Assembly: GCA_034226945.1 (NCBI GenBank)
Contig: CP120461.1
Span: 372,001 to 436,000 of the forward strand
Length of the DNA stretch: 64,000 nucleotides
From: Picochlorum sp. SENEW3
Taxonomy: Eukaryota
Reading direction: 5' to 3'
Shown: piece after piece, positions 1-12,807 of the stretch
Position numbering within the stretch: the first letter of the stretch is position 1
Layout: each line of letters opens with the position of its first letter
The notes under the pieces: generated by a model
The model's database searches: none
What the model was told of the DNA's origin: nothing
Seen by the model: the letters and a program-made list of their open reading frames with translations, nothing else
Translations under genes and position numbers: made by a program

Positions 1-40
1 AAGAATCACGACCTTGCGCGGCTTCATCTCGTTCAGCCAT
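1..40 (-). CDS. Possible 5' end of a gene running off the left edge (MAERDEAAQGRDS...)
   Basis: ATG at 40 on the minus strand after an A-rich leader (AAATAAAAATC-ATG), open to the edge. Too short to identify. Confidence 0.35.
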   Translation of the reverse strand, partial: MAERDEAAQGRDS

Positions 41-313
41 GATTTTTATTTATTTTTATATGAGGATACAAGTACCTTATCAATAGGTTGATGGCGTGTC
101 GAAGAGGAAGGAGCAAAGGATTTGGAAGAAATCTGAATAGACACTCCGTACGACTTGACAGGGACAGAATATTCTTTATTACTCTCCAAAAAAAACCAAA
201 AACAAATTAATATACTGCTACCGCTGCTGCTAGGCGACGATACTTGTTGAGATGTGTGTTACAACAACATGACTCTGCTAGTCTCATCTAGAATGCACGC
301 ATGGTAGAAATGC

Positions 314-2195
314 TCATCGTCTGTTGACGGATGTGGCGGCGAGTCGAGAGGTGGCTGTTGGAGGAGCAATGACAGAGACGGGTGTTTTGATATCTCCACC
401 ACACGGCTGTGGTGTCACATGTGGTTTGTTGCTGCGTGCTGGGGGTGGGGCTTTGAGTTGGATGCTTGTGAGTTGTTTGTTGAGCCAGACAATCATCTTC
501 TCATTGTTCTGGGCCTTTTGCACTGATTCTTTCTCTTGTTTTTGGGCCAGCTCGAGTTTCTTTTGTACAGTCTCTGCAATCGCAATGAAATCATTATCAT
601 CGTAATACTAGTAGTATGCGAGTGAATCGCACTCAATACCGTACCTAGCTGCTGTTCTAGTTTTTTATTGTTCTGCTGCAAGTCAGTAACTCGCTCTTGG
701 GCGGATTTAAGTGCTTCCTCCTGCGTTTGCATGAGGTCTTCTCGCTGGTGGGACCGTGCCTGGATGTCATGCAGCTCTTGGGTTGCATGAGCTGCATCTC
801 GAGAGAGCTGTGCAATCTTCTCCTCCAGTGCCTTGATCTTCTCTGCTCTCTCTTGTGATTGTTTTTCATGTGTCTTGGACATTCGTTTCCAATCGTCAAC
901 CCTTGCATCCGCCATATCACTGGCACACTTGTATCCCTCGCAAAGTTCCTTCAGCCTGGATATTTCCCTCGAGTTTTGCGATGTAATCTCCTCCGCAGAT
1001 ACACTATTCCTTTTGTAAGACTCTATTGTATCGTTGAGGCGCTTCGTCTGCTCTCGCAACGATTCCATGTCCTGCTCTTTGGACGAGAGTTCTTTGTGCA
1101 GGCTGAGATTGGTACTCTCGAAATCATGCAACTTGTTCTTCAAAAGCTCGCATTGGTCATTTGCATTCGATACCTGAGACTTGAGCATATCGCATTGTAT
1201 CTTTAGGCTGGATGTTTCGGTGGAATATTGATTCGTATCGGCGGATCGTTGGTGATGTACTGCTGTTAGTTGCTCCCGAACAGCATCTCCATCTCGTCTC
1301 AGGGTCTCAATCGTTGATAGCAGGGTTTCGTTCTCTTCCATGATCTCACGAAGTCTAAATAATAGAAAAGAGTTCATCCCTGCGTCCGAATTCGCTTGTA
1401 ATGAGAGAGTCAAGTGGGCCAACTCCCTGAATGCGTTGCACTCGAGGAACTCAAGCTTGCACTGCCCATGCCCTGCAATGTGAAGGACGATACGGAATTT
1501 CTGTCTACTCTCTGTCTGACACGCTGCTTGATTGGTGGTGCCACGATCGAGAGTCTGGTATGGAACCGACTGGAGACCCTGACGACTACAGTCGGTCCAA
1601 GCGTATGCTTGTTCAAAAAGACACACCACATTCTGCAAGAATTGCTGATATTCGACAAGAAGTTTCTCTTCCCTTCGGATACGCTCGAACGACCGTCCAT
1701 CCAATTCAGCAGAAAAGAGCTTGGCACCACCCTCGCCATGCAGACTAGTAGCTGATATGGTGTCATCCTCACTCTGTTGATACATGTACAATCTCATAGA
1801 CTGCAGGGACAAGCAATAAATCGATACAGTGTGATGAATACTCGAAACAGTCAACGGCATGGTGTAGTCAATATCGGACGCTGTCTATGCTCGGTCAACA
1901 GATGCATGGCTCATGTTGACCAAAATATCTGTGCTCTGTGTTTGTTTCGCACCTCAAAACGGCCCGCTGCGTCTCGTTTTCCCATGAGTCTGACCTCAAA
2001 ATATGATTTCGTTCGATCAGTATCTCGTCGAATGATTTCAACGGGCATTCGCTTCCAAAACACTGTATCTGCGCTGCTGCCCTTGGCAGGCGCTGTGCTG
2101 GCTGGTGAGCGCAGGTCACACAAGGGTGTGTTGGTCCTATTGCGTGCATCACACCACCCCCCATCGGCACTACTATATATATAGTGACAAGACAT
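314..2195 (-). CDS. SAS6: Centriole cartwheel protein SAS-6; exons about 2195-1953, 1800-645, 573-314
   Basis: Head-domain motifs (VFWKRMPVEI, SFERIRREEKLLVEY..F, FRELAHLTLSL), a long coiled coil and the conserved NEKMIVWLNKQL. GT-AG introns 1952-1801 and 644-574 join three ORFs in frame. Start codon uncertain. Confidence 0.85.
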
Positions 2196-2606
2196 TATTA
2201 TTGTTATTAAAGAATGTGTAGATAGGGTGTAGATATTCGACGTATGGTGCATTGTGATGATTGAGGTGTCACATGGTCATGATGCAGCATTGTGCTCGTA
2301 TCTCTACTGTCCTAGACATCCTTCTTACATGATGTCATACTATGGCATGGGCAATCCTCATTCTAAAACTATCATAATAAATTTAAAAAAAAATAAGACA
2401 TTCAACAACAATCTTGAATTAAAAAAGGGAGGATAACTCTCTCTCTCCTTGGCGAGTGTGTGCTCTTCACACAGGAACACACACATGCATATGCTATGTA
2501 TTGCGCACACGTACAATGCATCATCTTTGAATCATCTTCATAATGATAACGCTATCATTATTCTATCATGTAAAAATCTCCTGAGGAAAAAAGAAAAAGA
2601 CCTACA

Positions 2607-3002
2607 TTACTCTTCCTTTGCCCTTGTCAAATCAACAGACTCTGGTGGCTGCCCCACCCACCCAATCCAGTACTCATCAATCAAATCGTGCACTGTCGGC
2701 GGATGCTGAGGCCCATTGAACTTTTCTGTAGCATCACTACCTCCAGAATTAAAAATCACATCCCCACCGGGATGCATATCGGCATACTCTGTGATATCGT
2801 ACACCCTAGCCTCCGACCCATACCTGACAACAATCCACAAATCACCGTCAGTCGAGTGCTTCCTCACCTCATCCATGCCAAAATATTGCTTTTCCCTAAT
2901 CATTTGATGTGTATGCTTCTGTTGCTGAATGGTTGACTGGAAGAACATATAGAACACGACGATGAAAGCCACCACGGCACCAAGAACCATGAAGAGAACC
3001 AT
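2607..3002 (-). CDS. Cytochrome b5-like heme protein with N-terminal TM anchor
   Basis: EVRKHS, LWIVV, VYDITEY, HPGG and a second His (GPQHP); hydrophobic N-terminus. Confidence 0.9.
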   Translation of the reverse strand: MVLFMVLGAVVAFIVVFYMFFQSTIQQQKHTHQMIREKQYFGMDEVRKHSTDGDLWIVVRYGSEARVYDITEYADMHPGGDVIFNSGGSDATEKFNGPQHPPTVHDLIDEYWIGWVGQPPESVDLTRAKEE

Positions 3003-3300
3003 GGCTCTGTCACGCTCACACAGTCTCCGACTCGACTGATACTCAGAAACGCCGCACAGAAGACTTTATTAAAACTCTAGATACCGTAAATCATAAAGCG
3101 ATCCGCACAGTCAGTAAAATAAAGGACTTTTGGAAATGGAAATGACAAAACAGAGAACACGTCGCTAAGAGAATGATACTGCCCGGCAGAAGATTCAATA
3201 CAACTGCTTTTGTGAAACTGAAAAGCTACTGAATGTGTCTCGTCAAAGAATCATCAGGAAAGAATTCTGTCCTCTCGTCGTACGTCTCCAGGGCAAGCAT

Positions 3301-3400
3301 CACGTGACAATCCACGTGAATACAATATTAATATCAAAATTCTGAATTTCCCATGAAGCTCTTTATTTGACAGGCCAGTCTTTGTACAAAGACACGTGTC
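3301..3400. promoter_or_regulatory. G-box and palindrome cluster in the cyt b5 / CHLH divergent promoter
   Basis: CACGTG at 3301, 3313 and 3393; perfect palindromes GTCTTTGTACAAAGAC (3378-3393) and GACACGTGTC (3391-3400). Confidence 0.45.
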
Positions 3401-3646
3401 ACATGAATGTGTCCTGTTTGTCCCATCGAGCATAGGCTCTGATAGGTACATGTGTATTAAAGCCATCAAGGAATCCCGAATTCATCTGGTACCCTATCCT
3501 CAGGTGGAGGAAGAATCTCGAGGGCGAGTTCCAGGTAATGCTTGGACAGCGCAGCAACGAGTAGATACTATTACGGATTTGATTTAATTACCAAGTCTAC
3601 ATATATCATTTTAACTAGTGGTTCGACAGCGTGTGACACTCGTAAC

Positions 3647-6600
3647 ATGGTGGTGTCTCAAACTGCTGCTGCGGTGCTGGGGGCGAGTCCTCTGGTATTG
3701 TCCACCAACAATGCAACGAATTTGGGAAGAAAGTCTACAATGCATCGTTTGATGCAAGGAGTTAACGTAGGTTTTTGCCATGATTGGGGTATATCGGTTG
3801 TCTGATGGCGTCATCAACGGTGGATGGAAGATACATGTCACCTTGTCTTTGACGTGCGGGGGAGGGTGGTCGAACCTTGTGGATTGATGTGGTGATTCGT
3901 TTTACTGAATTTGTTTTGGGGTTTGATGGGGAATTAATGGCGTGCGGGGGCATGTCGAGGTTTTTGTGGCAGGGAGCCGTTTGGGATAAGACTGGATTGG
4001 GCGGTAATGCGAATGGTACTGCGAATATATATGGCCATGTTTCTGCGGTGTGGCTGATATATATGTGTGTCATATGCAGAAATGTGGACAGGGAACTCGT
4101 AAAGTGACTGCTATGGTCGCCTCTGGGCCAAGGCCACCTACCTTGGGAAGTGGCTCAAACGGTGGAGATGAGCCTCTGAAGATTAACATTGGCGAGGGAA
4201 TGATGGGAGGTGGTTTCACAAATGTGGATCCCGAGTCTCGTCGTATTGTTCCAGATGCCAATGGAAGAACAAAGATTAAGATTGTATATGTTGTTCTGGA
4301 GTCGCAGTATCAGTCCTCCTTGTCTGCTGCTGTCAACAGGATCAATGACCAGAGAGGAAACATCTGCATTGAGATTGTTGGATATCTGTTGGAGGAGCTT
4401 CGTGACGCTGAGAACTTTGAGAACTTTAAGGAAGATGTTGCATCTGCAAATATTTTCATCGGATCTTTGATTTTCATCGAGGAATTAGCTGATAAAATTG
4501 TGGAGGCTGTTGGTCCAGCACGTGAGACTTTGGATGCCTGCTTGGTGTTCCCTTCAATGCCTGCTGTGATGAAGTTGAACAAGCTCGGAACATTCTCAAT
4601 GAGTCAGCTTGGACAGAGCAAGAGTGTTATTGGTGATTTCATTAAGAGTGCTCGTCAGAATAACGACAACTTTGAGGAGGGTTTGCTCAAGTTGGTGAGA
4701 ACATTGCCAAAGGTGCTCAAGTATTTGCCATCTGATAAAGCCCAAGATGCACGCAATTTCGTGAATGCTCTTCAGTACTGGGTTGGAGGAAACGCAGACA
4801 ACTTGGAGAACTTGATTCTCTCTACTGTACAGAGTTATGTCCCAGAATTCAAGGACACTGACTTTAGCACATCTGATCCAGAGCTCTTCCCAGATATTGG
4901 AATCTGGCATCCAACAGCACCCACCTTTTACGAGGATTTGAAGGAGTACTTGAACTGGTATGATACTAGAACAGATCTTGATCTGCCAAAGGATGCCCCA
5001 GTTATTGGACTTGTTCTCCAGAGAAGTCACTTGGTGACTGGAGATGAGGGACACTATGCTGGTGTGGTATCTGAATTGGAGGCTCGTGGTGCCAAGGTTG
5101 TTCCTGTGTTTGCTGGTGCCTTGGACTTCTCAGCCCCGGTGAAGAAGTTCTTCTATGATCCAATGGGAACTGGAAGATCCTATGTTGACACCGTGGTCTC
5201 GTTGACTGGATTTGCCCTTGTGGGAGGACCAGCTCGCCAGGATGCACCAAAGGCAGTGGAAGCCCTGAAGCAGCTCGATGTGCCATATCTTTGCTCTCTT
5301 CCATTGGTGTTCCAGACAACCGAAGAGTGGCTCGACAGTCAGCTTGGAGTGCATCCAGTACAGGTTGCTCTTCAGGTCGCCCTTCCAGAGTTGGATGGTG
5401 CCATTGAGCCAATTGTGTTTGCTGGGCGTGACTCTGCCACAGGAAAGTCTCACTCTCTCCCAGATCGCATTGATTCTTTGTGCTCTAGAGCGATTAAATG
5501 GGCAAGATTGACAAAGAAGAAGAACCAGGACAAGAAGCTCGCAATCACTGTGTTCTCATTCCCACCAGACAAGGGTAATGTTGGAACTGCAGCATACCTG
5601 AATGTGTTTGGATCCATCTTCAAGGTGTTGCAGGATCTTAAGAAGGACGGATACAACGTTGGCGAACTTCCAGGGAGCGAGAGAGAGCTCATTGAATCCA
5701 TTTTGAATGCCGAGGAACAGAAGTTCAACTCAAACGACTTGAATGTTGCATACAAGATGTCTGTGGATGAGTACCAGAGACTTTGCCCATATGCTGAGGC
5801 TTTGGAAGAGAACTGGGGACAGCCACCTGGCCAGTTGAACACCAATGGCCAAGAGCTTTTGGTTTATGGAAAGCAGTTTGGAAATGTGTTCATTGGAGTA
5901 CAGCCAACCTTTGGATATGAGGGAGATCCAATGAGACTCCTCTTCTCAAAGTCTGCTTCTCCACATCACGGATTTGCAGCTTATTACACATTCCTGGAAT
6001 CTATTTTCGAGGCCGATGCTGTACTTCACTTTGGAACACACGGATCTTTGGAGTTCATGCCTGGAAAGCAGGTGGGAATGTCTGGAGTGTGCTACCCAGA
6101 TTCTTTGATCGGAAGCATTCCAAACTTGTACTACTATGCAGCCAATAACCCATCAGAGGCTACTATTGCAAAGCGTAGATCATATGCAAACACAATCTCA
6201 TACTTAACTCCTCCAGCAGAGAATGCAGGTCTCTACAAGGGTCTTAAAGAACTCAAGGAGTTGATCTCATCATACCAGTCCATGAGAGACAGTGGCAGGT
6301 CAGATGCAATTTGCGCCACCATTATCGAAACTGCACGCCAGTGCAACTTGGACAAGGACGTGAAGTTGCCAGAAGATGACACTAAGGAACTTGACATGGA
6401 GGAGAAGGATTTGATTGTTGGAAATGTGTACCGTAAGTTGATGGAGATTGAGTCCAGACTTCTCCCATGCGGACTTCATGTTGTTGGATGTGCCCCAACG
6501 GCTGAGGAGGCTGTTGCCACTTTGGTGAACATCGCTGAGTTGGATCGTCCAGATCAGAAGCCAGAGCCAATTAAGAGTCTTCCATCCATCCTTGCAACTG

Positions 6601-8192
6601 CTATCGGACGCAACATTGAGGATATTTACTCTGGCAACAACAAGGGTATCCTGGAGGAGGTTGACACTCTTCAGAGAATCACAGAGGCTAGCCGAGAATG
6701 CGTGTCTGAGTTTGTCAAGGACCGCACAGGCATGGATGGACGCATCGGTACAAACTACCTTGCCAACATTATGAAGATGTTCGGTTTGATTGCCGAGCCA
6801 TACGTCCGTGCTCTTCAGGGAACTGAGTTCGCCAAGGCAGATCGTGCCGAGATTGTGAGGCTGTTCAAATACATTGAATTCTGCTTGGAGCAGGTTGTCA
6901 AGGATAACGAGATTGGAGCTTTGAAAGAAGCCTTGGATGGCAAGTATGTTGAGCCAGGACCAGGTGGTGACCCAATCCGTAACCCAGGAGTGCTGCCAAC
7001 TGGAAAGAACATCCACGCTTTGGACCCACAATCCATTCCAACTGCTGCAGCAATCAAGAATGCCAAGGTTGTGGTTGACCGTCTTTTGGAGAGACAGGCA
7101 ATGGACAATGATGGCAAGTATCCAGAGAGTATTGCTGTTGTCCTCTGGGGAACTGACAACATCAAGACATACGGTGAGTCCCTTGCTCAGGTCATGATGA
7201 TGGTGGGTGTGAAGCCAGTTCCAGATGCACTTGGTCGTGTGAACAAGTTAGAGGTTATTCCATTGGAAGATCTTGGACGTCCACGCGTCGATGTTGTGGT
7301 CAACTGCTCTGGAGTGTTCCGTGATCTCTTTGTGAACCAAATGAGCCTTATGGACCGTGCGATCAAACTCGCTGCTGAGCAGGACGAACCATTGGAAATG
7401 AATTTTGTGCGCAAGCACGCCTTGGAAGTTGCTGAGAAGGAAGGAGTCACCCTCAGAGACGGAGCAACCAGAGTCTTCTCCAACGCATCTGGATCATACT
7501 CCTCCAATGTCAACTTGGCTGTTGAAAACTCCTCATGGAGCGATGAGTCTCAGTTGCAGGAAATGTACTTGAACCGTAAGTCATTTGCCTTCAACTCTGA
7601 CAGGCCAGGTGCTGGTGGAGAGGAGAGTAGAGAGATGTTCACATCTGCCATGAAGACTGTCGACGTGACCTTCCAGAACCTCGACTCTTCTGAGATTTCT
7701 CTGACTGATGTGTCTCACTACTTCGACTCTGATCCAACAAAGTTGGTCCAAGGTCTGAGAGATGACGGAAAGGCACCATCAGCCTTCATTGCTGACACAA
7801 CAACAGCCAATGCCCAGGTCAGATCCTTGTCAGAGACTGTGCGCCTTGATGCGCGTACAAAGCTTCTGAATCCAAAGTGGTATGAAGGTATGTTGGGCTC
7901 TGGATACGAGGGTGTTCGTGAGATCCAGAAGCGTCTCACCAACACTGTGGGATGGTCAGCAACCTCTGGAATGGTTGACAACTGGGTCTACGATGAGGCC
8001 AACTCCACCTTCATTGAAGACGAGGAAATGGCCCAGAGACTCTTGGAAACCAATCCAAACTCCTTTAGAAAGCTTGTGGCTACCTTCTTGGAAGCTAACG
8101 GAAGGGGATACTGGGATGCTTCAGAGGATCAGCTCGAGAGATTGCGCCAGCTGTACACAGATGTGGAGGACAAGATTGAGGGTGTAGAGTAA
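3647..8192 (+). CDS. CHLH: Magnesium chelatase subunit H; exons 3647-3766, 4080-8192
   Basis: [65 protein letters not shown] 40-codon transit-peptide-like exon joins through a phase-0 intron at 3767-4079. Confidence 0.97.
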
Positions 8193-8806
8193 ACTACAGA
8201 ATGAATTCGACCTTTCTAACAAACGACTGATACCTTCACTTCTACTACAGACGTGAAAGGCTAGGTAGTTTTAAAACCAAAAACTATTTTTGTTGAGATG
8301 TATCGTCTGCAGTTCTCTCACCACACGACTGCTGTCGCTGGAGCATGCACCAAATCTTGTGTTTCATTTCAGAGTCCTTTCATTATGATTCTTTTGTGTG
8401 GCCATTCTTTCCAACAGTATGTCTAGTACGTGCTGTTCTATTTTTTCCCACGTGCAGCATCTCTGCACCATGCATTCGGTCTGTCAGTCATGACGGCAGC
8501 ATTTGCATGCCTACTCAAGTGGTAGTAGGGCTACATCTTTATTACACCCATATGATTCTTTCCAATCTATGTCCGTATGTAACATCATGCAATGCATCCA
8601 TCCACCCATTCATGCCCATGTTGTCGAGATAGTCATCTAAACAGAGAGAGAGCATGCCTCGGCTGCTGCATCGATGCAACAGTCGGTGTTGATCCATGTG
8701 TACGAATGCCCATGACATGACGTGTACCACAGCAGATACCCCATTAATTAATTAATACACATATTTGTGTGTTATAACCGCACGCAAGAAGACCATATAC
8801 CTTATT

Positions 8807-9059
8807 GTAAAGGGTAAGAAAACACCGAACGTTGAGACAACAAAAAGCGCAACATTGCTGTGCTTTCCAGAACCGTGGAATACCGTCAAGCTGAAGTCAT
8901 ACGAATGCAATGTTATACTAGGATGTCGATTAACGCAAGAAACTAGGGCTGCTTTCATACAGTGCAACAGGAAGCTCCCTTGCGTTAAAACCCTACAAAG
9001 AGGAGCCCTTTCAGGGCTCGCTCAGCGAGACCCCAGAATTGACCCTTGTAGAATTTTTT
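8807..9059 (+). ncRNA. Candidate structured non-coding RNA with Pol III-like ends; telomerase-RNA-like or H/ACA-like, identity unresolved
   Basis: 5'/3' terminal stem (TAAAGGGT 8808-8815 / ACCCTTGTA 9042-9050), three internal stems, T6 at 9054-9059, no internal T4, upstream TTATAA at 8772. Confidence 0.4.
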
Positions 9060-9226
9060 CTTCTAGATATCACAAAGTATTTGATTCCATAGCAAAGGTT
9101 GGAAGTGGAGTATCGCATTCAAGAGAATTGCTTCGTGGAACGCAGTTGCCAAACGCCATCGCCGGTGTTGGACGCGTCGAAAACCGGTACTCTTTGTTCG
9201 ATTTGAGATCACACAGACGTAGAAAG

Positions 9227-11283
9227 ATGAATAATATTGGAGACTGTCAGATGGATGTGTCGAATTCGAGATCCTATTCACAGAATAGTGAGCAGCACGA
9301 CCAAGCCAGTTCTAGGGAGGTGGATGTTGGGGAGATACCTCTTGAGGGAGTGAGGGAAGATGTATATGGTAGATCGGTTCCTGTGTATGTCATGTTGCCA
9401 TTGGATACGGTGAATGCTGATGGTGTTTTTCGGTATGCCTCAGCCCAATGGTTCTTGTCTGCTCTAAGGGAACTTAAGAACAGTGGGATTCATGGAGTGG
9501 CCGTTGATGTATGGGTGCGTTTTTCCTGCCATATATGTGTATGTAATGTCTTTAGTGTAGTAGTGACTGAGGCGAGGTGGTTGTGTGATTGCAGTGGGGA
9601 GCAGTTGAGAGGAAACCAAGAATGTATGATTTTTCAGGATACAAGCAACTTTTTGAGTTACTCGTTGCGCTAGATTTGAAGATACAAGTCGTTTTAGCGT
9701 TTCATGCGTGTGGAGGTAATGTAGGTGATAACGCCGAAGTGCCTCTTCCGCACTGGGTGCTGTCGTGTGGAGAACGGGACCCAGATATATTTTATACAGA
9801 TAAGCCGAGGGAATTTTCACCGGGCCGACGGAACCCTGAATGTATATCATTATTTGCGGATACGGAATCGGGCATTTTGCGAGGACGCTCTCCGATACAG
9901 TGTTATGTCGATTTTATGAAGGCATTTCGAGATGAGTTTATTCTAAATGGAGATGGCGTGTATTATGATGCCATTGGAGAGATTGTGCTGGGAACAGGGC
10001 CTTGTGGTGAGCTTCGATACCCATCATATCCAGAGATGAATGGGTGGCGTTTCCCTGGAATCGGAGAGTTTCAATGCTATGATCGGCGGGCCTTGGCATC
10101 TCTCGCAAGGGCTGCTGAGGCTGCGGGTCACCCTGAGTGGGGTCATTCTGGTCCTCCAGACGTTGGGCATTATAATTCCACCCCAGATGATACTGCCTTC
10201 TTTAGAGGGTGGGATGGAACGTGGGCAACAGAATATGGCAAGTTCTTTTTGGATTGGTATTCCCAAGCATTGGTGGACCATGGGGATAGGATGCTTCATG
10301 CAGCTTCCACGGTATTCTGTATCCATGATTTGAAAACGCCGCGATCAGATACCATGGAAAGTGGTAGGAGATCAGATTCTTTGGATCTAGGAGGAGGAGG
10401 AGACTTGCGAACTTCCAAGTCCATCAGTTGCAACGATTTTGTTGGTATTTCAAGCGAGTCTCCCAGAGAGACGACGGATGATCTCAGTATGAATTCTCCG
10501 AAAACATCTGCAAGCGATCCTGGAACAGTACATCAGAACACTGTCGCGACAGGGCTTCCGTCAAGAGGCCCAAGCTATGCGTCCTTTAGGAGCTCAACGT
10601 CCATATCAGATGGTCTCAACACCATGGAGGAATGGATATGGCCTTCACCTCAGGGAAAACCAGTGAATATGAACCTTAAAATAGCTGGAATACACTGGTG
10701 GTATCATACAAAGAGTCATGCAGCCGAGCTGACAGCTGGCTACTACAATTGTGATGGCAGAAATGGATATGATGGCATCATTTCTCTTTGTGCACGATAC
10801 GGCGTCGCATTAACTCTGACGTGCGTCGAGATGTGCGATTCACAACATCCTCCAGAAGCTCTGTGCGGACCAGAAGGTTTGCTACGGACCGTGAAAGAAT
10901 CAGCCTTCAAGGCAGGGCTGCCCCTTGCGGGTGAGAATGCGTTACCATGCTTCATGCCAAATGCAATCGATGAGAGCGCATTACAACGAATTGTATACAA
11001 CACACAGCCTCTCGGAACTCCTTTGGAAGAACAAAAATCCCTTGATTCAAAAAAGAGCGACCAAAAGGATGATGAAGACCAAATGGTGGACGATGAAGTT
11101 CAGAGACAGTACAATGCGCAATTTTTACCACCCATGAGGAGTTTTACCTTCCTCCGACTGACAAGGGATATGATGAGTGACACATACCAAAACCAATGGA
11201 AACGGTTTATGAAATTAATGTCCAGAAACGCGTTGAGATTCAAGACATCACAACGCTGGAGGCGAGATCTCGGTTTTGAATAA
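9227..11283 (+). CDS. BAM: Beta-amylase (GH14); exons 9227-9514, 9595-11283
   Basis: VPVYVMLPLD, VDVW|WGAVE across the intron, FHACGGNVGD, GPCGELRYPSYP, KIAGIHWWY, HAAELTAGYYN, GENAL, FTFLRL. Both catalytic Glu residues present. Confidence 0.95.
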
Positions 11284-11318
11284 TAATAATAATAACATGA
11301 TGAATAGTGTATATATTT

Positions 11319-12354
11319 TCATAATGACCCCATATTCCATATTCGAATTGTCCCATCTTCAGATCCAGAAACAAACGCATCGCCTTTGGGAGAAAACCGA
11401 ACACAATGCACGGGCCCATGATGCCCCCTCCCGTGATCCAACAATGCCCCACTCCCAGCATCATACATGTGCGTCCACATATCACTTCCTCCAGCCACAA
11501 ATACATTCCTCTCTGGACAATAATCAGCTGATTCTACTTCATAATCATCTATACTAAACCGCTGAACCACCTCGAGACTATCCGCATGCCGAATCGTCAC
11601 AGCATGCGCCTCTGCCGTCACCATGAACCTCCCACACGGTGTATGAACCATATCCAGCACAGCAGAAGACCCATCACCATCTCCATGTAGTAATCTCTTC
11701 ACTACCGTCTGACTCGATAAATCTATCACATCAATCCCAGGGGTATCCAAATACGACAACAACACCCTCCTATTATCCAAACTCCACATGCACTTTCGAA
11801 TAGAATCCGGAGCTGGCCCAAACGTAAACGGCTCCGCCTCCGGCTTCTCAAGATCATACAACCTCACCGTCTTCTCAGCTCCACCAGTCATCAACCTCGT
11901 CGCCGTCAACCCACGCTCAAACGCCGTCGTCCTCACAATATGCTTGTGAGGAAACTCATGCACCACATCACCAGTCACAGCATTCCACACACGAGCAGAA
12001 AAATCAGCAGACCCCGTCGCCGCCACAAACGCCGAATCATTCAACACACAAGACCACACAGCACCTTTATGCCCCTGAAACGTCCCAATCCAATCCCCAG
12101 TCTCCCCCTGACGAAGCTGAGGCTGACCATCTTTACTTGCACTCGCAAGAAACACGCCATCCGGCGTCACAGGGCTATATCAAATTGCATCATGTTATCC
12201 AGTTGATGTGAAATGCATATATCTAGAACCATTCGCACCTAAAATGCAGACCGACGATTGGCCTGGAATGTCCATGGCACACAAGTGGACTCTGATTCCA
12301 CTTTGCCTGACCCACTCCAGCCTCCACCCCTTCTTCTTTATCGTGTTCTTCCAT
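11319..12354 (-). CDS. STRAP: WD40 protein STRAP/UNRIP-like; exons 12354-12239, 12174-11319
   Basis: PLVCHGHSRPIV, SPVTPDG.FL.SASKDG.P.LR.GETGDWIGTF.GHKGAVWS, GHHGPVHCVRFSP, SGSEDGTIRIW. Confidence 0.92.
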
Positions 12355-12807
12355 GGAAAAAACAATAAATAAATATTAGTACTACTACTACTACGTATTT
12401 CTATGCGACAGGGCCATCTCTTTTTCTATCTCTATCATGATGCAACAGAAGCCATTTTGTTGTTTGAAAAGAGTCTAATTACGAAAGGACACCAACAACA
12501 ACTCTCAGTCTGAGTGTGTTACTTACATCATTACTATCATTTCTATTTATTATAAAGTACAGATACATCCTCTTCTTCTTCTGTGGAAGAAACAGCAAAA
12601 GGATTAGAGAAGAGATTCTTTTTTCAAAAACTTTCGCATGCCATGATGGACATTGAAAATTTGTGCTTTTTTTATTCATAACAACATTACGAGTCCCTGC
12701 GATCTTGACAAATACGAAGATAATAATGCAACCAATACTGCAAAGCAGCAGTGCGCTTCCACACAGGTAGTATTATTTATAGCCAAACAAAAAGAAAAAA
12801 CCAAAAA

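Noticed and set aside
3777..3809. C/D-like motif in the CHLH intron (GCCATGATT...CTGATGGC)
   Set aside because: Only 33 nt, poor box C and no recognisable guide.
8807..9059. RNase P/MRP, U3, SRP or hammerhead identity for the structured region
   Set aside because: GGAAGCTCCC and GGGCTC are only about 40 nt apart with no matching P1; U3 box A, SRP S-domain and hammerhead core motifs are incomplete.
8765..9226. 154-aa N-terminal extension of the beta-amylase ORF
   Set aside because: It starts at TTG with no Met before 9227; better explained as non-coding or ncRNA sequence.
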